A stretch of 64,000 nucleotides of DNA from NCBI GenBank assembly GCA_963792925.1, contig CAWBYC010000005.1, positions 306,946 to 370,945 on the forward strand, read 5' to 3'. The translations under genes and the position numbers were made by a program. Below the pieces are notes generated by a model. The model was not told the origin of the DNA. It worked only from the letters and a program-made list of their open reading frames with translations, and made no database searches. Shown here piece after piece: positions 9,581-22,900 of the stretch. Numbering within the stretch: the first letter of the stretch is position 1; the number at the start of each line of letters is the position of its first letter. The stretch is from an uncultured Bacteroidales bacterium. Its GTDB lineage: Bacteria; Bacteroidota; Bacteroidia; Bacteroidales; VadinHA17.

Positions 9581-11937
9581 ATGAAGAAGCGAGTAATTTT
9601 CATGGCAACCATGATCCTGGTGGCTGTATGTGCTTTTGGGCAAAGTGCTAAGAAGTATTACAAAGCAGGCACAGAATTCGTAGAGAATCTGAAAGTATGA
9701 TGACGCCATCGTTCAGTTTACAAGTGCTATTAATCTGGAACCATCCAACCCCGATTATTATTATGCAAGAGGCGAAACATATGAAAAACTGCTGAAATAT
9801 CCTGAGGCTAAAGCGGATTTTGAAAAAACTCTTGTATTCTCCCCGAAAGATGTAGACGCAATGGTCCGTCTGGGAGCAATCTGCAATAAGCTGGGCAGCT
9901 TCGAGGAGGCGCTTAAGATTCTAAATCATGTTTCATCAATTGACAGAAGAAATACAAAGGCTTATCCGGAAAAGGTTATCACCCTTACAAATATGGGGCG
10001 GTACGATCAGGCTTTGCAGGTTTCCGATACCGCTCTGATCATTAAGGATACTCCCATGGATTACTACTGGCGGGGTATTATTTACAGGAAACTTAATAAT
10101 GATGTTCTTGGAAAAAGGGAATTGGAAAAATCCATTTCCAAAGATAAAAAACTGGCTGAACCACGGATAGAACTTGCCGACCTGCTCATTTCGGCCAATC
10201 CGAAGGAAGCAATGAATCAGTGCAATGAAGTGATAAAGAATAATGACCGTAATACAGCTGCTTATATCGAGAGGAGTAAAGTGTTCAGGAAAACCCTTGA
10301 CTATCCGAATGCTATCAATGATATTTCCAAAACCATTCTTATCGATCCTGCCAATCCTGAATTTTACTTTGAACGTGGCTATATGCTACCAGGAATTTAA
10401 TCAGCATGTAAATGCTATAAATGATTTTTCAAAGACAATCACTCTGAATACTGCTCTGAAGACAGAGGATCCGGGTGTTTATTATGCACGCGCCAAATCA
10501 TATGAAGAAATTTTGGACTATGATAAAGCCAGAGCCGATTACAATAAGATTACCTCTCTTTCCAAATATGATGCAAAAGCACGCGAAATGCTCGATCTCT
10601 CTCAGAAAAGACTTTATGAAATAAACAAGGAAACCGATCCTCCCGAATTAGCTATAGTCAGCCCGTCACCTGTAAAAGATACCGTTGAGATCAAAGGTGA
10701 TAAAACCACCCTCCTCATTTCCGGTTCACTCAGAGACAAAAGCAAAATAAAATCATTTACTATCAATAATGAGAATGTTATGCTCGTTGAAAAGAACGGA
10801 GTCTCAGATTTTCTTGCAAACATAAATGTTAGCGGGGTAGATAAAATAGTCTTCTCGGCGAAGGACGATTATGACAATGAAAAAGTTGTTAATTACGCTC
10901 TGAAACGTACCGAAATTAACGCACCCAAAGGTTATGATTGTGGCGCCTTATACATCTGAAGAAGGACAGGTATTTCTCGATTCACCGACCCCTAATATTG
11001 CGATTCAGGGAAAGATCTCAGATGAGAGCCCGATCAAATCGATCACAGTGGGGAACTTCACCGCAAGCTATAATCCGAATGAATTAAATCCTGCCTTTAC
11101 AGCTACCCTCGATATCTCGAATTTAAATAAATTTAAGGTTGTCGCTGAAGATATTTATGGCAATAAACAGGAAACTGAATTTGTGATAAACAGGGAAGGA
11201 GCCGGTATCGCAGCAGGCAATCCGATGGGCCGCACATGGGTCGTATTCATCGAAAATTCAAGTTATGAGACCTTCGCAAGTCTCGATGGCCCAATAAAGG
11301 ATATCAGTGCAATGCAGAAGAGCACTTGCCAATTATCAGATACACAACACTATATACAATAAAGATATGACAAAGGCGGAGATGGAACGATTCTTCAATA
11401 TAGAACTCCGCGACCTTGTCAAGAAAAACCAGGTTAAATCCTTAATGGTTTACTATGCCGGTCATGGCAAATATATAAATGACATAGGCTACTGGATCCC
11501 TGTTGATGCAAAACGTGATGATGAATTCACGTATTTTAATATAAATGCACTCAAAGCAGGGTTACAGGGTTATACCGATGTAGTGGTCCATACTCTGGTT
11601 GTATCAGATGCCTGTGAATCGGGTCCGGGATTTTATTCGGCATCGCGTTCTGCAAATGAGTCACCTACATGCGACAATACTGTTGCAACAGGTTCTAAAT
11701 CTGCACAGGTATTTTCATCAGCAGGGTATGAACTGGCAGTTGACAATTCGAAATTTGCAGCAACTTTTGCAAATACTCTGATGAATAATAAGAATGCGTG
11801 CTATACCTATAGAGAGTATTGTCAAAACAGTGACAGATGCTGTCAAAACCGATAAGGGTCAGAAACCAAAATTCGGCAGGATCCAGGGACTTGAGGATAT
11901 GAATATGCTCGGTACATTCTTCTTCATTACAAAATAG
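9581..11937 (+). pseudogene. Secreted TPR-repeat / beta-sandwich / caspase-like (peptidase C14) multidomain protein, frame-disrupted at 5 or more positions
   Basis: Signal peptide MKKRVIFMATMILVAVCAFGQ. There are multiple TPR units (YYARGETYEKLLKYPEAKADFEKTL...). Two Ig-like segments follow at about 10.6-11.2 kb. The C-terminal caspase dyad context is YYAGHG ... VVSDACESG. Breaks lie near 9697, 10380, 10945, 11330 and 11810. Confidence 0.75.
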
Positions 11938-12001
11938 GTTATATGCCAGCCTGAACATTATAAAGTGCCAGGCAAAATATTTTGTCTGGCTTTTACTTTA
12001 T

Positions 12002-15000
12002 TTGTATGTTGTTATACAACCGGCAGCGGCTCAAAACTATTTCTTCGATAATTACAGTATCAAGCAGGGTCTCAGCGAACAGAAAGTATATACTCTTCTC
12101 CAGGATTCAAAAGATTATATATGGCTCGGAACTGCTAATGGTCTTTCACGGTTCGACGGTAAAAAATTTGAAAATTTCACTTCGCGCGACAGTCTTGGCT
12201 CAGGGGGGGTAAAATCAATAATGGAGGACTCCCTTGGATATCTGTGGTTCGGACATATTAACGGGGGAGGTATATCGCGTTTCAACGGACGTACATTTGA
12301 ACAGATCAGGTTTGACTCATTGACTATAACGGGAGATATAACAAGTATTGTCACAGATAAAGGATAAAATCTGGTTTACCTCGACCACCGATGGGGCAAT
12401 TCAGGCTGATTTTCCCATAAAAGACATAAAGCATATCAAAGCCAGACAATACAGAGGCAAAGAAGGACTGAGTGATCAGGTTTACGGGTCAAATCTAAAC
12501 AGGGATGGCTCATTTATCTGTATTACTGATGTGGGTTTGAGAAAATTCAATACGGCTCAGGTCAGGTTTGAAAATTACAGGATGCCTCATATGACTACAT
12601 ATTTTACCACAACTTGTCTTCTTCAGGACAGGAACGGGAATATGTGGTTTGGCACCTACAATGGGGGAGTCTATAAATACTCCATGTCTGAAAAGTGGAT
12701 GGAGATGATCGATCTTCCGAAAGCAGGCATCTCGAGTAACTGGATAATGTGCTTAATGGAAGACAGTAAAGGCCGGATCTGGGCAGGAACGTGGGGTGGA
12801 GGTATAGCTGTTTTTGAAGGGAAGAATATACGCAGGTTCAATGTTGAAAATGGATTGAAGGCTTCAAAAATATATGATATAATCGAAGATGTAGAGGGTA
12901 ATATTCTGATTGCTGATCAGGATAACGGGCTCACTATATTTAAAGGCGATGCGTTTGAGACAATAAATGAAAAAGAGATACTCCCCGATCCGAATGTGAA
13001 TGCTATTTATAAGGATTTCAAAGGAGCCATGTGGTTTGGTACAAATAATGGCATCACCACGATACTTTCCGGACAAAAAAGCTGGAGTTCTATAACAGGA
13101 ATAACAATCTGATCTATGATGATATCAGGTTTTTCAAAGAGGATCAGAGATGGAAATCTATGGATCGGGTCAAATGCAGGCGGTGTGATTATGTATAACA
13201 TGAAAACATCAAAGTTTGAAGCCCAGCCTTATATTAATTCAATTCTCCCTGACATAGGCCAGGTAAAAGCTCTCGAAATTGATAAAGAGAATAATCTATG
13301 GATCGGTACAGTCGAAGGAGTGGCAGTAGGAACAATTAATGAGCAGAATTTTCAGAGATACACAGTCATGGACAGTCTCACAGTATCCAATATTACATGC
13401 TCTGTATTGTGATCCTGCAGGAAATATGTGGATCGGGATTGAACCGCAGGGCCAAAAGCCAGGTCTTATAAAATATGACGCTGCAAAAAAAGGATTTTAA
13501 GTCCGTTACAGCCCTCCCGGGAATTACTCCAAAAACAATGGTTATGGACAAAAAGGGAGTGCTGTGGATTGGAACAGGCCAGGGTGTAATTGCATTCGAA
13601 ATGATACGATAATATCTGTTTTGTCACAGGGAAAAAGGATTGCTTTCTAATAATATGAATCTTCTGGCAATAGGGGATGATGGGAGCATATATATAGGAA
13701 CAAACATCGGATTAAACAGATATTTTCCTGACAGTAAAAGAATTTATTCTTACACCGAAAGAAATGGATTTTCAGGCATTGAAGCCAAACCAAATGCAGT
13801 TTATAAAGAAGCATCCGGAGATCTTTGGTTTGGCACAGCCAATGGCGCAACACGCTTTAGTCCCGGTGAAGCTGAAACCAACAACCTGGAGCCATTGACT
13901 CATCTCCTGAGCATGCGGGTGAATTATGAGCCCCGGGAAATGAAACCCGGGATGAAACTTAAAATATACCGAGAGATCAGTATTGTTCGACTATTATAGT
14001 ATTTGCCTTACAAATCCCGATGTTGTAAGATATAAAGTAAAACTGGAAGGCGCAGATGTTGACTGGCAGCCTGTGACCGATCAGACGAGAGCGATATTCC
14101 CCGCATTGCCTCCCGGTAAATACACTTTCAAGGTGATGGCCAGCAACAGTCAGGGAGTATGGAACAGTAAGCCGGTTACATTTCAGTTTCATTATTAAAC
14201 CGCCTTTCTACCAGACATGGTGGTTTATTCTGATCGTCATTTATTCTCATTGTAATAATTATTGTCATTTATATAAAGATCAGGGAACAGAATCTGAGAA
14301 AGGAAAAAATAATTCTTGAGGAAAAGGTCGAGGAGAGAACTGCCGAGGTTGTTCAGAAAAGCATGGAGATTGAGGAGAAAAACAGGGATATTACTGCGAG
14401 TATAAGCTATGCCGAACGGATCCAGAGAGCGATGCTGCCAAAGGAGGACACTTTTCAGGAAACTTTTGTCCTGTTCATGCCCAAAGATATTGTGAGTGGT
14501 GATTTCTACTGGATGTATGATAATGGCGACTGGCAGTTTATTGCAGTGGTTGACTGTACCGGCCATGGGGTCCCGGGGGCATTCATGTCGATTATCGGCC
14601 ATAACTCGCTTAATAAAGTTGTAAGGGAATATGGTCTCACTCGACCTTCGGCAATTGTCGACCAGTTAAACATTGAAGTAATGAAGGCTTTGTTGCAGCG
14701 GCATGAAAAGGCTATCACCGACGGCATGGATCTTGCCCTTGATTGCTTTCAATAAAAAGAATTTTACACTTGAATTTGCAGGTGCGTATAACCCGCTTTA
14801 TCTTGTCAGAAAAGGAGAGGTTATTTGTTTACAGGGGCGACAGGTATCCGATAGGGATGACGACAACTGATGAAAAGAAAAACTTCACAAATCAGATTGT
14901 AGATATTCGTCCGGGTGACATGATATATATGTGTACAGATGGGTATGCCGATCAGTTCGGATCAGATGAGGTCAAGAAATATAAATCGGCAAATGTTAAA

Positions 15001-15220
15001 AAGCTGCTTGCCTCAGATATGGGATCTTCCTATGCATGAACAGAAGAACAGGATTGAAAATGAGATATTGACCTGGAAAGGTGACCTTGAACAGGTAGAT
15101 GATATAATGTTTATCGGTACAAAGATTCCGGAGCATCTAAATTCTTGCCAGCTTCCTGCGGATCGGGATGCCAGTCTTCCTTTTTTCCGAGACGATACCA
15201 TCACCTCCTCCGGTGGATAG
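12002..15220 (+). pseudogene. Two-component-regulator-propeller (Reg_prop) / Y_Y_Y / TM / PP2C-SpoIIE phosphatase protein, frame-disrupted at 8 or more positions
   Basis: Repeated 'LWFGT.NGL..F' propeller blades. A Y_Y_Y-like segment (YKVKLEGADVDWQPVTDQT...YTFKVMASNSQGVWN) is followed by the TM segment WWFILI. The SpoIIE domain reads SISYAERIQRAMLP...GDFYWM...VDCTGHGVPGAFMS...DGMDLAL...TDGYADQFG. The exact start and stop are uncertain. Confidence 0.75.
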
Positions 15221-15243
15221 CAATTTCCCACATCCCCTTATGT

Positions 15244-15716
15244 TCATATCTGAGAAAATTTCCCGATACCATATTGTTCAAGAAACGCGATTAATGAGTC
15301 GTAAAAATTCAGAGTATTCAGAATAATGATCGGTCCTTTGTAAATCCCAAGCTGTTTAAGAGTCATCGCTTCGGTTAGTTCTTCAAGTGTACCGACACCT
15401 CCGGGTAATGCAACTACTGCATCGGCCATTGCAAACATCTTCTTTTTCCTTTCCCCCATGTCCTGCGTGAATATCATTTCTGTAACAGATGCATGATCCC
15501 ATCCTTCGTCTTTCATAAATGTAGGAATTACACCTGTAATTTTGCCACCATTTTCAATTACTGAATCAGCAAGTTTCCCCATCAGGCCGATTCCTCCGCC
15601 TCCATACACAACATCCATGTTAGCTTCGGCCAGAAGATTCTCCAAATCTGGTAGCTGCAATTCACATATTCATTGTCTATCCGGCTGCTCGATGAGGCAA
15701 AAACACAAATTGTCAT
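15244..15716 (-). pseudogene. LOG-family (TIGR00730) nucleotide phosphoribohydrolase, one frame break near 15660
   Basis: GGGGIGLMG and PGGVGTLEE motifs. The N-terminus MTICVFASSSSRIDNEYVN (ATG at 15716) is in a different frame from ORF 15244..15660. Confidence 0.8.
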
Positions 15717-15728
15717 AACGGTATTATT

Positions 15729-15765
15729 AAAAAGGCCGTTACAGCTGATCTGAACGGCCCTGTTT
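15729..15765 (-). terminator. Rho-independent terminator downstream of trxA
   Basis: The stem GGCCGTT (15734-15740) pairs with AACGGCC (15753-15759), with a 12-nt loop. It is followed on the minus strand by a T-run (the A-run at 15729-15733 on the plus strand). Confidence 0.65.
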
Positions 15766-15779
15766 TAAATGTTAATATT

Positions 15780-16097
15780 TTAAATAAGGGCATTCAGTTT
15801 TGCTACAAAATTGTTTTTCGGAACTGCGCCCACCTGTTTGTCAGCAACTTTTCCATCCTTAAAGAAAAGTACAGTAGGGATGTTCCTGATACTATATTTT
15901 GCTGCAACCTCAGGGCTGCTGTCAACATCACATTTTACTATAAGTGCTTTTCCTTCATATTCATGTGAAATCTCATCCATAATTGGAGCAACCATTCTGC
16001 ATGGGCCGCACCATTCTGCCCAGAAATCAACCATAACCGGTTTATCGGATTTGATAACCACTTCATCAAAGTTCCCATCATTTACCTCTATTGCCAT
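15780..16097 (-). CDS. trxA: Thioredoxin
   Basis: 105 aa with the canonical WAEWCGPCR active site. Confidence 0.95.
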   Translation of the reverse strand: MAIEVNDGNFDEVVIKSDKPVMVDFWAEWCGPCRMVAPIMDEISHEYEGKALIVKCDVDSSPEVAAKYSIRNIPTVLFFKDGKVADKQVGAVPKNNFVAKLNALI

Positions 16098-16150
16098 AAT
16101 TATTAATGATTTTAAAAATTTGCAAAGTAATTATTCTTCTGCAAAGATAA

Positions 16151-19100
16151 CTAATTCACTTTAAACTCTATCCCCGGATGATCCTCAAGATAGGTGATAA
16201 ATTCATTATTCAGCCTTACCCGGTATGTTCTGGAAAACATAGGGAGAGAAATTTTATCATCAGGATCGAGAAACAGGAATTTAAGTTCTGTTTCGCCTTT
16301 ATGTTCTGAATAAGTTCTTTCAGATCGTTAATCAATTCGTTATCGATATTTACAGGATCAATTTTAATAGTTACTGATTTTATGAGTTCATCCTTAACAC
16401 TTGACAGGAGGTTTATAGTTTTTATTTTGAATTCAATTTCATCCTCTTTGTATTTTCGTTTCTGGACCCTTCCTTTCACCAGAAGATAATACCCGACGAT
16501 AAAAAACTTGCTGTTTTCAATATAATCTTTATCAAACAGCATGAACCGGAATGAATCGGAATAATCCTGCAAGGGTAAAGGAGCCATATGGTTTCCCGTT
16601 CTTTCCGATTCCTGTTCTGACATCGATCACCATGCCTGCAACGGTAACATCCCTGTCGAGATATTCACGAAGGTTCTGGAGATCAGCAAGGGTGGCTGTT
16701 GTGAAAGTACTTATCTCAAGTTTAAAGTCATCAAGAGGATGTGACGACAGGTAAATCCCGATAACTTCTTTTTCCCTGTTGAGCTTTTCCAGTTTTGGCC
16801 AGTCGGGGCAATATGCAGGTTCAGGTTTTATCATATCAAAACCGCCTGTTTCCCCGAAGAGTGATTGCTGGTTTGAGGTCTTAACCGTCTTGGAATTATT
16901 ACCATATCTGATAAGACTTTCGATAAAACTTGAGCCTTTTGTATCGAGAGAAAAATATTGTGCCCTTATGATCTTCGTGAAACAATCAAATGCTCCTGCC
17001 ACTGCCATTGCCTCAAGGTTCTTTTTGTTCAGAGAGTTGAGATTGACTCTTTCAACAAGATCGTAAATATCTTTGTAAAGTCCGTTCTTTTCGCGCTCTT
17101 CTATTAGTTGCAACACTGCACTTTCACCAACACCTTTTATTGCTCCCAGACCGAAACCTGATATTTCCGTCTTTATTTACTGTGAATTTCACATTACTCT
17201 CATTAACATCAGGGCCCAGGACCTCCATGCCCATCCTGCGGGTCTCATCCATGAAGGTTGTGATCTTTTTTATGTCACTGATGTTCCTGCTGAGAACGGC
17301 AGCCATATATTCAGCCGGGTAAGTTAGCCTTAAGATAACCTGTCTGAAAGGCAACAAGCGCATAACAGGTTGAATGTGATTTATTGAAAGCATATTGTGC
17401 GAAGGCTTCCCAGTCGGACCAGATCTTATTTACGATTTTAACATTATAACCCTTTTTGGAACATCCCTCCTGGAACTTTAACCTTCATCTCATCCATGAT
17501 GGAGCGTTTCTTTTTCCCCATGGCTTTTCTGAGAGAATCGGCTTCGCCTTTCGAAAATCCGGCCAATTCCTGCGATAGTAGCATCACCTGTTCCTGATAG
17601 ACCGTAATTCCGTATGTGTCATCGAGGTATTTCTCCATTACCGGGATCGGGTAATCTATTTTCTCCGTACCATGCTTTCTGCGGATGAACTTTAGGAATA
17701 TATTCCATAGGCCCGGGACGGTAGAGGGCATTCATGGCAATCAGATCTTCGAGCCGGTTAGGTTCAAGATCCCTGAGGTATCTTTTCATACCGGTCGATT
17801 CAAACTGAAATATGCCTGTTGTTTCGCCATTACTGAAAAGCTCGAAAGTTTTTTTATCGTCAAGAGGCAGGTCATCTATATCAATCAATATGCCTTTTGA
17901 TTTTTTGATATTATCAATTGCATCTTTTATGATTGAGAGAGTTTTCAGACCAAGAAAATCCATTTTCAGAAGACCTACTGATTCCACATGGCTTCCGTCA
18001 TACTGAGTGGCATAGAGATCAGTATCTTTTGCCGTGCATAGAGGGATATAATTATCGAGAGAATCCTTACCTATTATTATACCGCAGGCATGAACGCCTG
18101 TTTGTCTTACAGAACCTTCGAGAACTTCAGCATATTTAAGTGTCTGGGCTATAAGTTTGTTTGAGGATTCCCGTTCGCGTGCCAGTTCAGGCACTTCAGC
18201 ATATGCATCTTTTAAGTGTTATCCCCGGCCGGTCAGGAATAAGCTTTGCAAGCCTGTCAGCATCGGGCAAAGGTAGTTTCTGAACCCTTGCAACATCGCG
18301 GATTGCCATCTTGGCTGCCATTGAGCCAAAGGTAATAATGTGAGCTACTTTATCATGGCCATATTTATTTACAACATATTGCAGTACGGCTTCCCTTCCG
18401 TCTTCATCAAAATCGATATCAATATCAGGCATTGATATCCGGTCGAGATTAAGGAAGCGTTCAAAAAGCAGGCCGTATTTTATCGGGTCTATATCGGTTA
18501 TCCTCAGACAATACGCCACTGCTGATCCGGCGGCGGATCCCCTGCCCGGACCAACGGAAACGCCCATTTCACGTGCGGCGCGAAGAAAATCCTGTACGAT
18601 AAGAAAGTATCCGGGGAAGCCCATTTTTGCCACCATTTCAAGCTCAAAATCGAGCCGTTCAGTTTGTTCATCTGTAAGGGTTCCCCATCTGTTGTTCTGC
18701 GCCTTTGTAAGTAAGATATCTGAGGTAATCGTCTTTGTCGGTATAACCTTCCGGAAGATCAAATTCCGGCATAATAGGATCGTGGTCGAGCTTATATTTT
18801 TCAATTTTCGCAACAAGTCCGGCCACATTATCAATTGCTTCAGGAATGTCGTGGAAGATTGCCCGCATCTCATCTTCACTTTTTACATATTCCTGTTTGG
18901 AGTATCTTAATCTGTTTGGATCATCGAGGTCCTTTGCAGTATTGAGACAGATAAGCCTGTCATGTGCTTCAGCATCTTCAGCATTAATAAAGTGGATGTC
19001 ATTGGTTGCTATAAGCTTGACATTAAATTTCGCGGAGAGCTTTTTAAATGCCTCAATAACTTTTTGCTGAAGCGGAAATGCTGATCTGTCGGCTTCCGGG

Positions 19101-19642
19101 TCGTAGGTTTCGTGCCTTTGTATTTCAAGATAGAAATCATCGCCAAAGATGTCGAGATAATCCTTAAGTGAAGCTTCCGCTCCTGACAGTGTCCCATTGA
19201 GTATTTCATCCTGAATTTCGCCAGCCAGGCAGGCAGAGGAAGCAATAAGCCCTTCTTTGTATTTAATAAGAAGTTCTTTATCGATCCGGGGTTTGTAGTA
19301 AAATCCTTTGATCCAGGCAATTGAAACCAGTTTTATAAGGTTTTTATATCCTGTCAGGTTTTTAGCCAGGAGGATAAGATGGTCCCCTGAGCGGTCTTCT
19401 TTTCCTGATACATCTGCGATAGATCTTTTGGCAACATAAATCTCACATCCTATAATTGGTTTTATGCCCTTTTTTACGGCAGCATTATGAAATTCTTTAA
19501 CGCCGAACATGTTGCCGTGATCAGTTATGGCAATTGCTTCCATGCCCAGACCCTTGACCCTGTCTATAAGCAATCCGATATTGGATGCGCCATCCAGTAT
19601 AGAGTATTGGGTATGAACGTGTAAGTGAGCAAAACCTGCCAT
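16151..19642 (-). pseudogene. dnaE: DNA polymerase III alpha subunit, split into 8 or more frame fragments
   Basis: The N-terminal PHP domain reads FAHLHVHTQYSILDGA. The polymerase core reads GPGRGSAAGS.VAYCLRITDIDP and MPDIDIDF. The HhH and OB-fold parts are also present. The fragments are 18668..19642, 18196..18879, 17619..18194, 17444..17731, 17124..17393, 16532..17116 and 16216..16623. The final C-terminus (...FLFLDPDDKISLPMFSRTYRVRLNNEFITYLEDHPGIEFKVN*) ends at 16151. Confidence 0.9.
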
Positions 19643-19816
19643 GATACTTCTTTGAATTTTGAAATCTTTTAATATGCAAAAATACTCAAAATAGCTTTAT
19701 GACTGAAATCCTTTTATCAGGATGCAGTAATTAAATAAAAACAGTCATTTAGTTTTATTTATTAAGAAAAATGCGTTTTATGTGAACAAATATGTAATAT
19801 ATTATTAAAATGATTG

Positions 19817-19824
19817 TAAATTTG
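19817..19824 (+). promoter_or_regulatory. Candidate -7 promoter element (TAnnTTTG) upstream of the SusC-like gene
   Basis: TAAATTTG lies 77 nt upstream of the ATG at 19901, in an AT-rich 258-bp divergent intergenic region. Confidence 0.3.
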
Positions 19825-19900
19825 TTTAACGAAGCTAACCTGTTTAAATGTCGATAAAAATTAATTTGTTAACCGCTTTATAAATCCTAAAATAAACACT

Positions 19901-22900
19901 ATGAGAAAAGTTCTATTTTTATTTTCCCTGTTCTGTGGCCTTTTGCTTCCGGCCATGGCGCAGCAAAAAACGATTACAGGTACTGTTACCGGTGCCCTGG
20001 ATAATCAACCTGTTATTGGTGCTACCGTATTGGTAAAAGGCACCTCAAATGGAGTTATTACCGATATGAATGGAAAGTATCAGATTGCCGCACCACAGGG
20101 CGCTTCGCTGGAGTTTCGGTATGTGGGGATGAAGACGACGGAAGTCGTAATAGGAACTGCATCAGTTTATGACATAGCTCTTGATTATGATCTGGTAGGT
20201 GTTAATGAAGTGGTCGTTGTCGGCTATGGAACACAGATCAAGTCAAAAGTTACCGGGAGCATATCAAAGGTAGACGGGGACCTTCTTAAGAATATTCCTG
20301 TTCCGACTATTGAGCAGGCACTTCAGGGTAAGACAGCAGGGGTATTCATTGAATCAGTTAACGGAAAATCGACCGGAACGACAAACATGAGAATCAGAGG
20401 TTCCTCATCAATAACTGCAACAAACCAGCCTCTTTTTGTTGTAGACGGGATCCCTATCAGCACTGAATCGTTAAACTTTTCCGGAGCAGTGATCAACCCT
20501 CTGACATCAATAAATTTTAATGATGTTGAATCAATAGATATTCTAAAAGATGCTGCTTCAGCAGCCATTTACGGGTCACGTGGCGCTAATGGTGTGGTTC
20601 TGATCACAACCAAAAAAGGAATGAGCGGAGCAACAAAACTTGATTTTACAATACAGTCGGGATTTAATGAAGCCTCACATAAGAGAGACTTCATGAATGC
20701 AAAACAATATGTGCAGTATTTTGAAGAGGCTGCCTATAACAGCGATCTGATAGATGGTATAGATCCTATAAATGACCCCACCACATATGATGACTCCTGG
20801 TTAGCATTTGTACGCGGCCGGTTTCAGAGATATTCAGGATGGGCCACCTATACGGATCCCTATCTTGCGGTAAATACAGACTGGCAGGATCAGGCATTTC
20901 AGAAGGGCAAGATCTTCTCAGCTGATATGTCAGCAAGAGGAGGGAATGATAAATTAAAATATTTTACAAGTCTGTCATACAATAGCACAGAGGGGATTCT
21001 GGTCTCAAACGGCATAGAGAAGATTTCGGCCAGGCTGAATATTGATAATAAGGTAAACAAGTTTATCGACCTTGGATTCTCCTTAAGCCTGAACCGTACA
21101 AAAATTGACCAGGTGTCGGCAGACAATGCTTTCTCCACACCTATGCAGCTTGTGGCTCTTACACCAATAACACCGTTAAGGGACCTTTCAGGTAATCTGT
21201 ATAATACACCAACTACTACCTATTATAACCCTCTTCTTGATGTTGAATATGCAAGCAGAAATATTCTTGAATACAGAACTGTTGCCAACGGATATCTGAC
21301 TTTCAATATAATTGATGGACTGAAATGGAGGAACGAATTTGGTTTTGATCTGTACAACCTGAAGGAAAATGCACGTTATGGCAAACTCACCGATACCGGA
21401 ACAGGGGTAAATGGTTATGGATTCGCTAATTATGCTCAGAACCAGAATCTTACTTCAAAATCTTATTTCGATTTCATAAAGAGTTACGGTGATTATAGTG
21501 TGAGCGCTGTTTTAGGAACTGAATTTCAATATACGATTGTTGATAATGCCAGGGCAGAGGGTCAGCAATTTCCTCTTGATGAATTAAAAACTCTTGCCAG
21601 TGCCGGTCTGATTACTGCTGCCACATCGACCCTTACAGAATACAGTTTTCTTTCATATTTTTCAAGGGTTAACCTTGATTATAAATCAAAGTATCTGCTC
21701 ACTCTGTCAGGTCGCGCTGACGGATCCTCAAGATTTGGAAAAAATAACAGATATGGAGTATTCCCTGCTGCTTCTCTTGGATGGGTACTGACAAAAGAAA
21801 ACTTCCTGTCACAGAATACATTTTTAAGTTTCCTTAAACTAAGGACCAGTTACGGTCTAACCGGTAATGCCGGTATTGGTAATTTTGGTCATCTGGGACT
21901 ATATGGAGTCGGAAACTACAATAGTATTGCAGGTCTTATTCCAAGCCAGATCAGAAATCCTGATCTTGGATGGGAATCCACCCGGCAAATTGATTTTGGC
22001 ATCGACTATGGGTTCTTTAAAAACCGTATATCGGGTGAAATCGATTACTATATAAAGAAAACCCGTGATCTGTTGCTCAATGTACCAATTCCGGAGACAT
22101 CAGGATATTCCATCCAGCTGCAAAATATCGGATCAGTAGAGAATAAGGGATTCGAGTTTATTCTCAATACCAATAATATCACAGGAACATTTACCTGGAA
22201 CACAAATCTTAACTTTTCCTTTAATAATAATAAAGTTAAGAGTCTTGGAGGCCAGTCAATCATAGATCAGGGTAGTGCCCGTTATATGAACGTTGTGAAA
22301 GTTGGTGAGCCAATCGGTGTCTTTTACGGTGCTGAGTATGCCGGCGTTAATCCAAACAACGGTGACGCATTATGGTATGTCAATACCAAAGATTCCGAGG
22401 GGAATGTCACAGATCACACATCCACTACCAGCGATTTCAATTCGGCAAATTTCGTAGTTCTGGGTACTCCGACACCAAACCTGATCGGTGCTCTGACAAA
22501 TACTCTTGCATATAAGGGTATTGAAGTGAGTTTTACATTTCAGGGTGTAACAGGAAATAAGATCCACCTCATTGGGGATCAGTGGATGGGGGCAAATGGC
22601 GTCTGGTTCGATAACCAGCTTACCTCACAGCTTGACAGCTGGAAAAAGCCCGGTGATGTAACCAACGTGCCTCAGGCAAGATTTTATTACGATAACGGAG
22701 ACCAGAGCCGTAGCAGCAGATATCTCTCAGATGGTTCATACGTAAAATTACGCTCTTTGATGGTTAGCTATGAACTGCCGAAAAAATTGGTCAGCAAAGC
22801 TGGCCTCGACAGAATGAGAATATTTGTTCAGGGTCAGAATCTTCTCACTTTTACAAAATACGAAGGATGGGATCCTGAAGTGTCGACTGATTTCCTGAAT

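Noticed and set aside
19643-19900. Possible cobalamin riboswitch upstream of the TonB-dependent receptor. Also considered: a lysine riboswitch before lysA and an FMN riboswitch before ribD.
   Set aside because: The 258-bp region is uniformly AT-rich with no GC-rich B12-box-like core. The lysA and ribD upstream spacers (51 bp or less, and 26 bp) are too short to hold a riboswitch.
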